Program-made: the position numbers and the translations under genes
Notes under the pieces: generated by a model
Told to the model about the DNA's origin: nothing
Databases searched by the model: none
Seen by the model: the letters and a program-made list of their open reading frames with translations, nothing else
In this document: positions 38,290 to 51,900 of the stretch, piece after piece
How the letters are laid out: every line of letters starts with the position of its first letter
Position numbering within the stretch: position 1 is the stretch's first letter
Origin: the human T2T-CHM13v2.0 reference genome, Homo sapiens
Assembly: GCF_009914755.1 (NCBI RefSeq)
Contig: NC_060944.1
Strand: one strand, 5' to 3'
Length of the DNA stretch: 64,000 nucleotides

Positions 38290-38510
38290 AATAATTGGAA
38301 AGAGCACTGGACGTTGGGTCAGGAGTTTTAGATTCAGGTTTTGATTCAATCAACTTAAGTAAATAACTCCTCTTGTCTAAAATTATTTGTATAATGCAAT
38401 TGACAAGACCTGCTACAGTTATCTCCCAGAGTTGATAATAGGTAAAAATTATATTAATTAAGAGAAAAACTTTAAAAACATAAGAACCAAGGCTCTATAT
38501 AAATATTTGG
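38290..38510 (+). mobile_element. Degenerate MIR/MIR3
   Basis: ggaaagagcactggacgttgggtcaggag. Confidence 0.55.
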
Positions 38511-39014
38511 TATTTAAAAGCTTGCATTATATAAATGATGCCTCAAAGCCTATTTCTCCTGGTAGTTTAGAAATATAATTACCTGGATAAGACCACCAAC
38601 TAATTTCACTTTCACCGTCATTCAGTAAATCTCAGAAATATAAGCAAAGAACAATCTTGGACAAGAGAAAAGAAGAACCTGATCTCTTTTCCAGCCCTAT
38701 GACTCACTGAAGAAACCAGGAATATGCCACGTGTTCTCTTTCTGCTGCAAGGGTTGCTGTGAAATAACCTCATTTAAGCTGTGTTGTACAGAATGGACCA
38801 CCTTAATGCTGAGATTCCAACATTTTCTATTTCAGGACTGGTTTGGGGAGATTGCACAGAGTTCATCCTATGATCCTTCATGTGAGAAGGAAGCCATTCG
38901 GCCATTTATAGCCTAAAGAAGACAGAGCTAGAAGGGATAAAGCCAATCTTGGCTATTGCTGCTATGGGAACAGAGGGTAGAGATCATTTGCTCCATTGTA
39001 GAAATTTGGAACTA

Positions 39015-39488
39015 CAGTTGACCCTCGAACAACATGGATTTGAACTGTTTGGGTCACATACATGTGGACTTTTTTCAATAAAAGCACCTGTCCCTCTTGC
39101 CTCCCTTTCCACCTCCTCCACCTCTTCTACCTCTGCCACCCCTGAGACAGCAAGACCACCCCCTCCTCTTCCTCCTCATCCTACTCAAAGTGAGAAGAGG
39201 ATGAAGGCCTTTATGATGATTCACTTCTTAATGAATAGTAATGATTTTCTTAATAACATTTCCTTTTCTCTAGGTTACTTTAGAATACAGTTACTTTAGA
39301 ATACAGTGTATAATATATATATAATATATAAAATATGTGATAATTAGCTGTTTATGTTATCAGGAAGGCTTCTGGTCCAGAGTTGGCTGCTTCTAGTTAG
39401 GTTTTGGAGGAGTCAAAAGTTAGACGTGGATTTTTGGCTGCACAGGATGTCTACACTCCTAACCCCAACCTTGTTCAAGGGTCAACTC
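39015..39488. mobile_element. Tigger2a (MER28)-like Tc1/mariner MITE
   Basis: TIRs cagttgaccctcgaacaa / ttgttcaagggtcaactc flanked by TA on both sides. Confidence 0.9.
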
Positions 39489-39499
39489 TAATGGGAAGC

Positions 39500-40030
39500 T
39501 TTTGCAGCCATTAACTTTCAGTGATTTCAGTACACGCTAAACTGGCTTTTTAAAATGAGGGAATATATAAGCTCATTTAACAGGAAATTTAATAAAAGCT
39601 GGTTGATCCAGTACCCCAGTGTTATTACCTAGGACTTAGGTTCTCTACATTTCCTGTCTTTGCTATACACATGGTTGACTTCATTTTTAAGGCTGGTTCC
39701 CACCAGAGGACAATTGTGGATTCATCCACTTTCATTCAAATCTGGGGAGAGAGCGGGAGAATAGCTTGTTCTTTAGAGCAAGGCAGAACTTTCCAAGAAG
39801 TCTTCCACGAACCTCCCTTCACATATCATTGGCCAGAACTGAGTCACAGGACTTTTTATAAACGAATCACAGACAAGGGGGTATGAGCTAACCCTTAACC
39901 CAATCAGAGTTACTCCTGAAGCTGAGGGTATTCCTTGGAGTCACATGGACTACATGAAGACAGGGCACTTGAACAAAATTGAGGTTCTATTAGGAAGAAA
40001 AACTGAGGTTGTAAGTGCTATGTAAGTAGT
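39500..40030 (-). mobile_element. Old MLT1-family LTR
   Basis: tcattggccagaactgagtcaca...aaccaatcaga-like motif...gaacaaaattgaggttct. Confidence 0.5.
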
Positions 40031-40332
40031 TGGTGCTCAGTAATGCTGCCATCCTGTCTTAACTTAGCTAACAGGACTAAGTGACATATTTCTGAGGACT
40101 CTGATACTAAATGGTGTAAATATAGGGTAGAGTTTGATTTTTTTAGTTTTGACTCTTTCTTTAAACTGACTGTGAAACTTCAGGAAGTCAAGTTATTGAG
40201 CCCTTGTTTTCTTACTTCTGAAAGGAAATAAAACTGTATAACTTCGGGCAAGTTACTTACCTTTACAATGTGTCAGCTTTCTCTTTTGTGGATTCCTTAT
40301 CTAAAGTTTAATAGTACTTTATTCATAAAGTT

Positions 40333-40700
40333 GTATTAGTTTTCTAGGTTTTCCATAACAAAGTACCACAGACTTTGTGGCTTAAACAACAGAAATTTGT
40401 TTTCTCATATTTGGAAAGCTAGAAGGCCAAAATCAAGGTGTCGACAGGGTTGATTTATTCTGAGGACCTTTCTCCTTGGCTCGTAGATGACCATCTTTTC
40501 TCTATATCTTCGCCTGATCTTGCTTCTGTGTGTGTCTGTGTCCTATCTCCTCTTCTTATAAGGACACCAGTCATATTGGATTAAGGACTACTTTAATGGC
40601 TTCATTTCACATCTTTAAAGACCATATCTCCAAACAGGTCACATTGTGAATACTAAAGGTGAGGACTTCAACATATGAATCTTGGGGTGATACAATTCCA
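40333..40700 (-). mobile_element. MLT1B-like LTR inserted in a MIR
   Basis: tgtattagttttctagg...ccataacaaagtaccacagact...cttaaacaacagaaatt...tcttataaggacaccagtcatattggatta. Confidence 0.85.
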
Positions 40701-40974
40701 TGCTTTTGATGTAAGAATTACGTGATTTAATACATGTTAAGGATGTAAATCTATATAGTAGATGCATACTCAACATTAGTTATAAAATTATCTTATTTTC
40801 AGTAGTAGCAACAGATATAAAAACAATAGTATTTGAAGTAGTAATAGCATCACTAGCAGGGATAATAGCAGAACTGTCTGAGAGAAAAGGAGAAAGAATC
40901 CCTATGCAAGGAAGGGGGAAGATATACTTTATAGAGAAATGAGACACAAGAGAATAGTATTTGTTTCACACTCT

Positions 40975-41470
40975 TCCAGCTACTATGGCTGTGTAACATA
41001 GTATGTCAAAACTTACTGGCTTAAGTCAACAACACTTATTTTCTTCATGAAATCTGCAGTTTTGACAGGCCCAACAGGGATAGCTCGCTCAAACTGTACT
41101 TGTCATCAGCTGGAACGTTCAGAGTCTCACTCACATGTCAATGCCAGCTGTCAGCTGGGACCTCAGTTGGACACGTATGTGGGGCCTCTCCACATGGCCT
41201 GGGTTTCTGCACACATTGTTGCTGGTCTCCAAGGGTGAGCATCCTGAAAGAGAAGAAGTGGAATTGTAGTGCTTTTTATGACCTAACTTCAAAAGTCACT
41301 AAAAATTCCTTTGGTTGCATTCTACTCATTTGAGGCATTTATAAAGACTGTCAAAGTTCAAGAGATGGGGAAATAGACTCTTCCTTTTGATGGAGAGTGT
41401 CAAGGTCTGGAAGAGAATATGGGACTGCATTTACTGCTGTAGTCATGTTTGGAGAGTATAATCCTCCATT
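40975..41470 (-). mobile_element. MLT1F-like LTR
   Basis: ctgtgtaaca...aaaacttactggctt...ggcctctccacatggcctggg...tatgacctaacttcaaaagtcac. Confidence 0.75.
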
Positions 41471-42639
41471 CATACCTAACTTCCCACACGAAGCTTCTCT
41501 TTCTGGAGCTTACTTTCAAATACTTGGGTTTGTGATTTTGTTCCAGATCAGAATTGGATCCTTATGCTATGCTACCCAACTTCCAGAGATTTGAGGATAA
41601 AATGGCACATTTGGCAGAAAACTTTTGAGAAGATCTTTATCAAAGAGGGAACTCTCTAAATAAAGGTTCAGTGTGCCTCATAGTTCTCTTTCAAACAGGA
41701 ACATACAGAAAGGGGGTTGACATTTTGATTTCCCAGATAATCTTTTGTTTTTATGATTTTGGATATAAACATGTCTCAGACCTGAACAAGGAACTCAGAT
41801 TTTTATCCTTAAAATTAAATCTGAAGAATAAGGAGAACCACATGCCCTTATCAGCTTTAATATTCTAAGAAAATGAGAAAAAAAATGATTTAAGAACATT
41901 TAAAAGTTGTGCACTGGGTTCATCAAAGATTCTCCCATTGAAGAGAAAATCTGAGCTGTTTCTTGCTTTATATTTGAATGCTGTGCATGGTTTTCATGAT
42001 GGCAATAATAATTTACTGCAAAATGCTTTTATTGAGTTGCCTTTACTGAAGAGGCCCTGCATGCCTTTTCACCAGCTTGCTACAATTAAAAGCAGCAGTA
42101 AACAGAGCCTTTCTATTTAGACTGAAAAGCAATGATTAAGCTTACCCAGCTATAAATAGGAGGCAGCTTCACATCTATGGCCCCAACTGCACACATTAAA
42201 GACTCCAGCTCCAAATGCCCCCAATTTATTTCTACAGGACAAACCAATAAATTGTCAAACTCTGACCTTAAAAGTGACAATTTCTTAAAAAATGAAAGTA
42301 GGTAAATTATACATAATTATAGATAATTACTGAGATGTCTATGAGGCCAGGAAATCAGTACACATGCTGGAAATCTAAATTTGCACGCTGATAGCTTCTC
42401 CTTTTACCATTATCAAACCATGGTTTGCCTTGAGCAGCTGTCAGAGATGGCTTTTCTTTGCTTGGGGGCACAGAAGAAAATAATGGACTTAAGAGAGAAG
42501 ATGGAAAATACAAAGTTATTTTTTAAGATTCCCGTTAGTTCAAGTGATTCAGCAAGGAAACCAGAATATAGGCAGTTACTGTTAAACGTTTTTGAATAAA
42601 AATGTTTAAATGCAAGCCATTTATCCCACCTATAAGCTG

Positions 42640-42805
42640 TAGCTATCTGAGTGTTTAGAGATTTGAAGGCATTTGATTCAACCTCCTCACTTTCTGCAGC
42701 AGGAAACTGGAGGCTAAGAAAGCCCTGTGAATTGTCCAAGGTCACATGGCTTGACAGCAGCCGTGCTGGAACTCAGTAGCTTTTCTGACTGTCACTGCAG
42801 CATCC
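42640..42805 (-). mobile_element. MIR
   Basis: ggaaactggaggctaag...tgtccaaggtcacatggct. Confidence 0.7.
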
Positions 42806-44005
42806 ACTGAATGGAAAAATTTGTTCCCTTTTTATTATTTTTAGTATAAAACCCTAGATTAATGAGATCTAAGTCATAAAAGTCCATAGGGTGCTGTATT
42901 TCTTTGAGTGCAAGACAAGCTTGCAAAGGTGACAGGATTTTCCCACTTGAAGAAACGTGGTCCCCTCTGCCTCAGCATCCTCCATCTGAGCCAAGAGTTG
43001 CCAATTTCCAAAAGCCCAAGAAAGTAAGTTTCCAAAATATGTCTTGGGTGATCATATCTTTTTTAAACTTGTGAGTCCTCTTCATTTCGTGTTTGCATGT
43101 GGCCTTTGTCTCCCAGTGATTTTCCAACTGCCCATGACTCCCCTTGGGTCATGCACTGGATATTCTCTGTTGCCTTCTGTCACCTTCTCAACTCTGTGCC
43201 CAGGAGACTGGCATTTATGTATGTATCAATGTCACCCTAGTCCTTTGGCTATAATCAGGCTGAGCTATCAAGGATACTAACAGAAGACCGGATAGCAGGG
43301 AGATAAAGAAGCCACAGTTTCTATTCCCCCAGTTCACTTCCTGCAGAATAAAGCACAGTTGCCCAGCTGAGCCCAGCCCACATTACCAAACCCCAGAAAA
43401 ATTAGTGAGAATTAACAACTGCTGTACTAAGCTACTCCATTTTTAGGAGTTTTTTTAAAATTCAGCATTATCTGACTGATACAAAATATGACACCTGCAA
43501 AGAATTTAAGACAACATAACTAACTTGAAATAGAGATCAATAGTTCTGAGACCCAGAAATGGAAGTGAACTCAGACTGGGATTGAGTTTGCAGATTCACT
43601 TGACTCCACGTCCAGAAGCAAATGGAGACATCTGGGGCCCTGTGGGGTAGCAAAACTAAAAGTATCCCATGGGAAGTAAGAGATTCACTCTTCAAACTCA
43701 TTGCTTGGAACTAGTAACAAGTTTGAGGTTCTCTCATGCATTAAAGGGGGCTGAAATAAGCTCTTAAAACCACCGTCTGAACTATAAAACTGGATAGCAG
43801 GGAAGCCGTAGAAAATAAAGTCTTTTATCCTGAACTTAGGCTTAACTGCTGACTTGGTAGCTGAATGTGCGAAAACCTCAATTTCAGTGCATTTTGGGAG
43901 CCTTGAGCTACCAATATAAGACCTGGTTTTTGACTAAATGTTATTGAGAAATGGTGGAAGAAGAAATTAAATATAAATCTGCAAGACTGTGAGACATAAA
44001 ATGGT

Positions 44006-44015
44006 GGAGAGAGAA

Positions 44016-44062
<47 letters not shown>
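44006..44062. repeat. (GA)n microsatellite
   Basis: Interrupted GA repeat. Confidence 0.9.
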
Positions 44063-44890
44063 CCTCCATTCAATAATAAAATTCCAAAACACATAAGGAA
44101 GTAATGCTAAGAAAGACAGCAACAAAATAAACTAATAGAACTGAGTTCACTCCAGATGAAATGGAAATAATAAAATAGACTATTACCCACTAGTCTTCAC
44201 TAAAATAACTGCTGAAGAATGTATTTCAGGCAGAAGAAAACACCCTAAGAGATATAGAAGAATGGAGTGGAATGCAGAAACAACAGTACAGAATTTCGTA
44301 AAATATGATGATAAATTTAATTAACTATTGACTCTTAAAAAGAATGGTATTTTTCACATCATGAGATAAAATTCAAATAACACCAAGAAAGACATAGATG
44401 GGAAAGATATTATGTGTGTAATAAAAGCATACTTAGTTATTGGGTTATTTGGGAGAACAGCAGAGATACTAAATCACTTAAATTCTGTTCAGAATTTTTT
44501 TTACTTAAAAATGTTAAAATGTTAAAACTATCAATCAAACAGGAAGAAAGAAAAGAGGTAAAATAAGCAAAAAAAAAGAGGATGGTAAACATAAAATATA
44601 TAATAACTAAGTCCAAATACAGCAGTAATCAAAATAAATGTAAAGGAACCAACTTACTTATAAGAGCAAGATTATCAGGCTAGGTATTTAAAAATCCAAC
44701 CATATGTAGTTTATAATAAACACACTTAAAACATAATGGTCCACAAAGGTTGAAAATAAAGAAATGGAAAAAAACAAGTAATTCAATCACTAACCAAAAG
44801 AAAGCTGATATGGCAATATGAATGTCAGATGGCACTGGATCTAGGCCAAAAAGCATAAAAAGAGACATTATGTAGTGATAAAAAGAACAG
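44060..44890 (+). mobile_element. Old L1 (L1ME-like) ORF1/ORF2 start remnants
   Basis: ccaaatacagcagtaatcaaaataaatgtaaagg...ggttgaaaataaagaaatggaaaaa...aaccaaaagaaagctg (endonuclease region). Confidence 0.6.
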
Positions 44891-44894
44891 TCCT

Positions 44895-45198
<304 letters not shown>

Positions 45199-45374
45199 CC
45201 AGTCCTGTATTTGAATGGCTAAGATTATGGCTTGAAATATAAAAGAAAAATGCTGACAAAATTACAAAACAAAATTGAAAAATCTACTATCTTGTCTGAG
45301 ATTTTAAAACACATATCAAAAGCCAGCGGAGTCAGCAGAAAACACCAACTTGTATTGAAAAGCTGGAAAATAAT

Positions 45375-45500
45375 AAACCCACTTTATAGATGTAGAAACT
45401 GGGGCCTAGGCAAGTTGAGTGATTCATGCAAGATCACAAAGTTTGTATGAATTCAAGCCAGGACTAAAACTCACACTTTCTAAATAGTAATCCTATGCCC
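45375..45500 (-). mobile_element. MIR
   Basis: cccactttatagatgtagaaactggggcc...caagatcaca. Confidence 0.65.
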
Positions 45501-45639
45501 TCTCCATTTTATAACATTAACACATGTAGAATAAACTGCGTATCTGCAGAAATGATTAGCCTTTTCTATGTCCTTAAGAGAATCCTTAGTGTGGTAGCAT
45601 ATCTGTCAATGTTCCACTCGGTTTACCTTGAATTTCTTT

Positions 45640-46050
45640 TACTTTTTCAGTGTGCCTTTTCTTACCTCCTACATATTATGTTTCTAATTATCCATCTCTG
45701 TGATTCTCTATGGAGAACCACCCTTAGGCCACTGGGGTGTCTACTGTGAAACAGAAGTTCCTGGGATGTTATGCCCTCAATCACGGCCCTTATTCAATGA
45801 CTGACCGGTGTGGGAAAATGGAAGCCCAGCTCCTTTGCCTTAGAGTTTGAACAAATCTAAGGTATAATTTTCACTCCGAAGCTCCCCCGTGGGATCAGGC
45901 TGAGGCTGAATCTCTGCTTGGCTTCTTCCCTTATCTTTCCTGCTTTTTACACCCAGTTCTACCTCGAAAATTTTCCTCAATAAATTGAGTTGCATGTGAT
46001 TTCTCATCTCAAGGTCTGCTTCTGGGAACCCTTTCCTAAAATGAGGACCA
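45640..46050 (+). mobile_element. LTR16A-like ERVL LTR
   Basis: aagcccagctcctttgcc...gctcccccgtgggatcaggctgaggctg...cctcaataaat...tctcaaggtctgcttctgggaacc. Confidence 0.8.
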
Positions 46051-46095
46051 TACAGCTCTGTACTAGGAGTAAAAAGAGAGTAGAAAGTGGTTCTA

Positions 46096-46358
46096 CAGAA
46101 AACCAAATACAGCATGTTCTCATAAGTGGGAGCTAAATGATGAGAACACAGGGACACAAAGAGGGAAATAACAGACACTGGGGCCTATTGGAAGGTGGAG
46201 GGTGGGAGGAGGGAGAGGATCAGGAAAAATAACTAATGGGTACTAGGTTTAATACCTGGGTGATGAAGTAATCTATACAACAAACTTCTGTGACACAAGT
46301 TTACCTATATAACAAACCTACACAAGTAGCCCTGAACTTAAAAACAAACAAACAAACA
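46096..46358 (+). mobile_element. 5'-truncated L1PA (PA13-16-like) 3' end
   Basis: gcatgttctcataagtgggagctaaatgatgagaacac...ggatcaggaaaaataactaatgggtactagg...ccctgaactta. Confidence 0.9.
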
Positions 46359-46511
46359 GGATTATTCCATAAAAGTATGTTCTCTATTTAAAAAAATTTG
46401 AAGTAAATGAAAGTCACCCATAATCCCACTATTTGTAAGGCTATTTTGGTCATTTACCTAAGTATATATACTGTACAAGTAAAAGTGTGATAATGCCAAA
46501 AAAAAAAAAAA
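46359..46511 (+). other. Putative L1 3'-transduced sequence with second poly(A)
   Basis: Non-L1 segment after the L1 tail, AGTAAA at 46478, A14, then TSD aaagtagttcta matching aaagtggttcta at 46084-46095. Confidence 0.75.
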
Positions 46512-47059
46512 GTAGTTCTAGGGAAAGAATATTTGAGTGGTTAAGGTTTCCTGCTGCTTTTATCTTTGGGAAATTCCAGTTTGATTTGGGCACTAGGAAC
46601 CTGGCATAGTGAATGTAGTGTCTGCCAAGCTAGAAGAACACTGCTGCAACTTCAGACTTCAGGTCAATTACTATTGACTGGCCAACTTTCTGTCCCGAGC
46701 ATACCCTCTTGGGTCCAATTCCAGATTAATAATGGCCCAATTCCAAATCTGGAGGATTCCTGGCCTCTCTCTCTCTCTCTCTTTCAATGCAGTTGCTTAC
46801 TTCCCTTAAGACTGGCTCTGAATATACAAGAAGGCAACTCCGGGATTCTGGCCTTTAAGATGCAAGACCATGGGTAACCATACAAGCAACATCATGGGCT
46901 TTCCAGTTGGTTGAGCCATTATTTCAGCCTCTACTTTGTATCTCATAGCTTCACATTTCTTTGCTTTCCGAGTCTGGATTTAGAGGTGGGCCTTGTCTAG
47001 AAAGCCAGGTCTACCTTTTTTCAGGCAAAAAGTTTCATTAACCACTGTGGCTTAGAATA

Positions 47060-47240
47060 ATATTTATGTAATAAAATATTTACTAGGTATTAAATGCATG
47101 CTATATGCCACTATACAGATGAAGAAATGGAAGTTTAGATCTGAAGATTAACTTGCCCAGATTTATGTGGCCAGCTCTTGCCACAAACCAACCAAGGATT
47201 TAGTGAGTCAGACATGAGCCTGACTCTGCACGTATCCTAC
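47060..47240 (-). mobile_element. MIR
   Basis: tacagatgaagaaatggaag...taacttgcccag. Confidence 0.6.
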
Positions 47241-47549
47241 AAGTCATAGCATTCCCTACCCTGGTTTTGCTGACCCCAGGCTCTAGCACTGGATTTATCC
47301 TTGGTTCTCTTACTGAGTGCTCTAGTACTTTCCTAGTTGAGCCCCTGACACCCATCCTCTGTCAACTCATTTTCCCCAGGAGCTGACACCTGCTCCTCAA
47401 AGTATGTCTTCAACTTCTACCTGCCGTTTTTCACAGAGACACATGGAGAATTTGCCCCAAATACACATCTCTAGGGACTTTCTGCTTCAATGCCCTGCCC
47501 TCCTCCTGCCAGACTGAACCATGGCAATGGGGCCTAAAATTCTCAATGC

Positions 47550-47990
47550 TATCTTAGGTTGGGTTCCCCAGAAGCAGAACCCAAGAAAGGGAAAATCAGG
47601 CACACATTGCTTCAGTCCTCTTGAGGAAAGACTCTCAAAAGAAGCATCTAAAAGAAGAAAAGCAGACAGGACAACTAGGGTAAGAAGCCAAGCAAAGATG
47701 CGTGCTCAGGAAAAATCTAAACCTGGCCTGATATGAGAGAGGATCTGGAGCATAAATTACAACACTGACATGATGGTCCTCATCATTAAGACAAGGTGGT
47801 TCGCCTTTTGTACTCCTGTATCAGCCAGTCATTGCCATAGACTTCTCCTGATAAAACCATTTAGGGAGTGTAACTTTCTGGGCATTAACTTAGGGTGATA
47901 CTTGGGGAAGAGGACCTCTGTTAGCTTTTAGCAGTCAATACAGCAGCTGGAGGCTAGAGCCCCTGCTCATCCACCAGCATCTACTACAAG
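47550..47990 (-). mobile_element. LTR16-family ERVL LTR
   Basis: tcttaggttgggttccccagaagcaga...tctggagcataaattaca...ccttttgtactcc...tcagccagtcattg. Confidence 0.7.
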
Positions 47991-49753
47991 TGCCTGGGCC
48001 TTGGGCAATGAACGTGGGACTTCAGCAATCAGATCCCTTTTCTCATCCCACCTTCCTGCTCCTGGCCTCCTCCTACTCCCCATCATCCTGTGTGGCTGGG
48101 GCCCCCCCATGCCATGTGCCTATCCACAGGCTCCTGGATTTTAGTACCTGCTCAGAGTCCACTGCATTGGCGCCTGACACTTTATTAGTGTTCTAAAGCT
48201 TTGTTTACAGTTACCAGGACTCTCTAGATAGCAGCAAAAAGTCAACAAGGAAATAAAACTCCACCAGCTGGTGTATTTGTTGGGGATAAACTCACCACAC
48301 AGGAAACAGCTGGGTACATGCTCACAAACGTCAGTACCTTGCTGGTCCCAAAGGCTCATCTGAAGTTGCAAGTTTGAATCCCCCTTTCCAAGCTGGTCTG
48401 TTTATACGCACTCCTCCACACCTTCAGTTCCTTTACACCATGTGAGCCTCAGGAAGCTGAGGCAGTAATGAGCTTTGAAGCTGTTCTACTGCCTGTGACA
48501 GCCCACAGGCCAGTCATTTGATCCAATTGCTTGATGCTACCTCCAGCAGCCTCTTGGCAAAATCTCTGCCATTATATACCATTGTTTCCTTACTCTAAAG
48601 CTCACATCTTCTCATGCTGAAGTCTATATGCTTCCTAGTGTATGAAAGTAACACTTTAATGTAGCCCTGAAGAAAACTGTCCAGCCCATCTGGACATCTG
48701 CCAGTCACTAGGAAGAGAATAGATTTTTCAGGCACAAATGTTAGCATACTAAGGAGTAGAAGGCTGAAGGCCATCTTCACTGACTTTATAGTCAGTGCGT
48801 TCTTTGTTCAGCAAAACTTAGCTCCTAGTCCTGAGCCAATTCCAAAACGCTGAATTTCATCCTTCCACTACTTTGAAAGCATTTAAGGTCTAATGAAAGG
48901 GATTAGGCCTGGAATTGGTGCCAGAAATTAAAATGAAGGCATAATTTGCATGTTTTGACAATACCTTCACACTTACACCCATGCCATGCTTTCTTAAACA
49001 CTCTTGAAAATATGTGAGAATCAAGATTTCATAATCCACTTCTTCTGGAATGCCATGTAGAAACATTCTCATTTTGCTTTCTCCCTGCCTTCTGATTTTA
49101 CTCACAGGCTTAATAATCACTGTAAGGATGGGGTAGCCATAAACAGCAGAGCATTGAGCTTTAGTGCACTCAGATGTTTGTGTATTTCCCCATTTACCTT
49201 GTATATAAAGCCATGCTAAGATTCGCAGTTAATGCTGGAGCTCACCTTGAAAATAGCACCATCTTTCTCCTGAAGATGCTCAAACTCCAGGTAGTAACCT
49301 CAGGTTGTATCATAGCTCCTTCAGGGTACCTCACTGTTTTTAATAAGCACATGATAAAGATAATGTCTTCCTCGATTCTAGTGGTATTTCTTAACAAAAG
49401 CCTAAGCTGCACCAGGATGAGGTGTTGTAATATTTTCACAAGTGTTAAAAAGGATTACTGCTCTTCCTAATATTGGTCAATGTGCCCAGATGGAGACTAT
49501 TGCTTTTGCGCATAACGTCTAAGCTTCTTTGCCAGCGCACAATTGTTTAAGAAACCACTTTTCTTGCTATGCCCTGATAATCTTGCCTCTTGAATAACTC
49601 ATTTCCATCAAGAGCAGGACAGAATCAGAACAGCATGGACAAGGATAATCTCTAAAATGTGGTTTCAAATGGAGAAGTATGATATGGTTTGTCAGAGGCC
49701 TGGAAGGTGCACATTGTTTAGTAGGTTGACCCAAAGCCATCCTCAAGAGGTAG

Positions 49754-50104
<351 letters not shown>

Positions 50105-50124
50105 TAGAAGTAGGATGGTTTTAA

Positions 50125-50630
50125 GAGCACTGCACTTTCTTTGACACTTCTACCCCTGAGAGTAGGGTCTATGTTCCCACCCCTTGAACCTGGGTGGGCT
50201 TTGTTACTGCCTTGATCAATAACAAAGTGCAGCAGAAGTGACACTATAATTTCCAAGGCTGGGTCTGAAGAAAGTCATGTAGCTTTTTCCTTGTTCTCCT
50301 GGAACACATACTCTTTGTATCTTCAGCCTCCATGTAAGAAATTTTACTGTCCCGAGGCTGCCCTGCTGGACATACTAGGTGGAGAGACCACTAAGAGAGA
50401 GAGAGATGATCAACAAGCCTTAGCTATTCAGGCATCATACATGGGAGCGACAAAAGCTTCAAGATGGCACTAGCCCTAGCTACTGCTCAACTGTAATCAC
50501 AGAGAACCCAAGGCCAGAAATGCCCAGAGGAGCCTAGTGGACCCCAGAACTGTGAGAGATACTAATAAATTGTTATTGATTTAAGCTACTGTGTTTTGAA
50601 GATGTTGGTTCCACTGCAATACATAATGGG
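50125..50630 (+). mobile_element. MLT1E/F-like LTR
   Basis: cccttgaacctgggtgggctttg...cagaagtgaca...ccagaactgtgagag...tttaagctactgtgtttt. Confidence 0.75.
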
Positions 50631-51029
50631 AACAGGAGGTGCATTACACATAATATAATGTACAATTCAACCCAAAGGACTCTCCTACCCACCACTGGAT
50701 ACATGTCTATGAGAGTTGGCACTGCTGTGGGTGCACAGAGCCAAGGCCATGCCTCACAAGACAGTAGAGTGGGTGGATGTCTGCATGCTATGATTTGAGA
50801 ATGACTCAAAGTAATCTCCCTCAGGGGGCTGCTCAGGTCCCTGACCTCTTCCACAGTAATTGCCTTGAGAGGATATGCAATCTTGGAAACTTGCCAAATG
50901 TTAGAAATCCCCTTGTTCAGTGGGTTTCAAACTAAGAACACTCAGGTTTTGAGAAGGGATTCCAAGGAAGTACAGTGAAAGCAAGCCTTCTACAGACACA
51001 GTATTCTCTCTCTCTGGCCTCAGAGGGAG

Positions 51030-51450
51030 GATTTCTTCCCAGCCTCAGGGGTGGAACTGACCCAAGGTGCCCATCAGTGCAACACATTCTTCTTGCCATT
51101 GTGATTGGTATAGGGCTGGACACGTAGTCCACATCAGGCCAATCAAAGTGAGTATCAGGACAGTCCCAGGGAGTTCTGGGAAAACAATGTTCTCCCTTTT
51201 TCACTAGATTGGAATTTAGAAGTATAGTACTTTGAGAGCTGCTAGCAACCATAGGAAAAGTGGCAGAGAATCCTAGGAATGGAGTGGAAAGAGAGGAAGT
51301 AGATCTCAGAAGAGACAGAAAAAAAAAGTTGATCCTAACGGCTTTCAACCTGATATTCAGCTGTTCTTGAAGCAGATCTCCCCTGGACTATTTTGTTATG
51401 TGAGCTCACAAATTTATTTTGTTTAGTGATTTAAGCAACTAGAATTTTAA
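51030..51450 (+). mobile_element. MLT1K/L-like LTR
   Basis: gtgattggtatagggctggacacgt...caggccaatcaaagtga...tatgtgagc. Confidence 0.55.
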
Positions 51451-51640
51451 AAATCAATGTGTACATATATGCTTAGCTTCTCTTGGAGTTTGTGTTTTAG
51501 CAGTAGAAGAAAATGATTTCTGCTGCTAAAAACATGTTTGGAAATAGCTGATCTTATCCTAGTGATCTAGTCCTTTTTGTTGTGCAAAAGGAAGTGCTAA
51601 AATCAGAATGAGAACCATGGTCACCTGACATAGACACAAG

Positions 51641-51680
<40 letters not shown>
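51641..51680. repeat. (GAT)13 trinucleotide STR at the end of a MIR
   Basis: Perfect repeat. Confidence 0.97.
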
Positions 51681-51684
51681 ATCC

Positions 51685-51900
51685 ATGTTCAAGTACTAAT
51701 TCTGGGCAAGACACTGTCCTAAGTGCTATGAATATATTACCTCATTTAATCATCTCCAAAACATTATGAGATATTCTGTTACTATCACCATTTACAAATG
51801 ATGGGATTGAAGTACAGAGAGGATAAATAGCATCCTAAGATCACACAGCTAGTAAGTTGTGATGCTAGGATTGAACACAGCTGTTCTCTTAGCCATACCC
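51685..51900 (-). mobile_element. MIR
   Basis: acactgtcctaagtgct...ctcatttaatc...aagatcacacagctagtaagt. Confidence 0.85.

Noticed and set aside
38583-38912. Possible minus-strand lncRNA exon (acceptor-like at ~38913, donor-like at ~38582)
   Set aside because: Splice-like motifs alone are too common to call an exon without transcript data.
49242-49470. Minus-strand ORF/exon with donor CAAG|GTGAGC in unique DNA
   Set aside because: No recognisable protein similarity and no clear acceptor.
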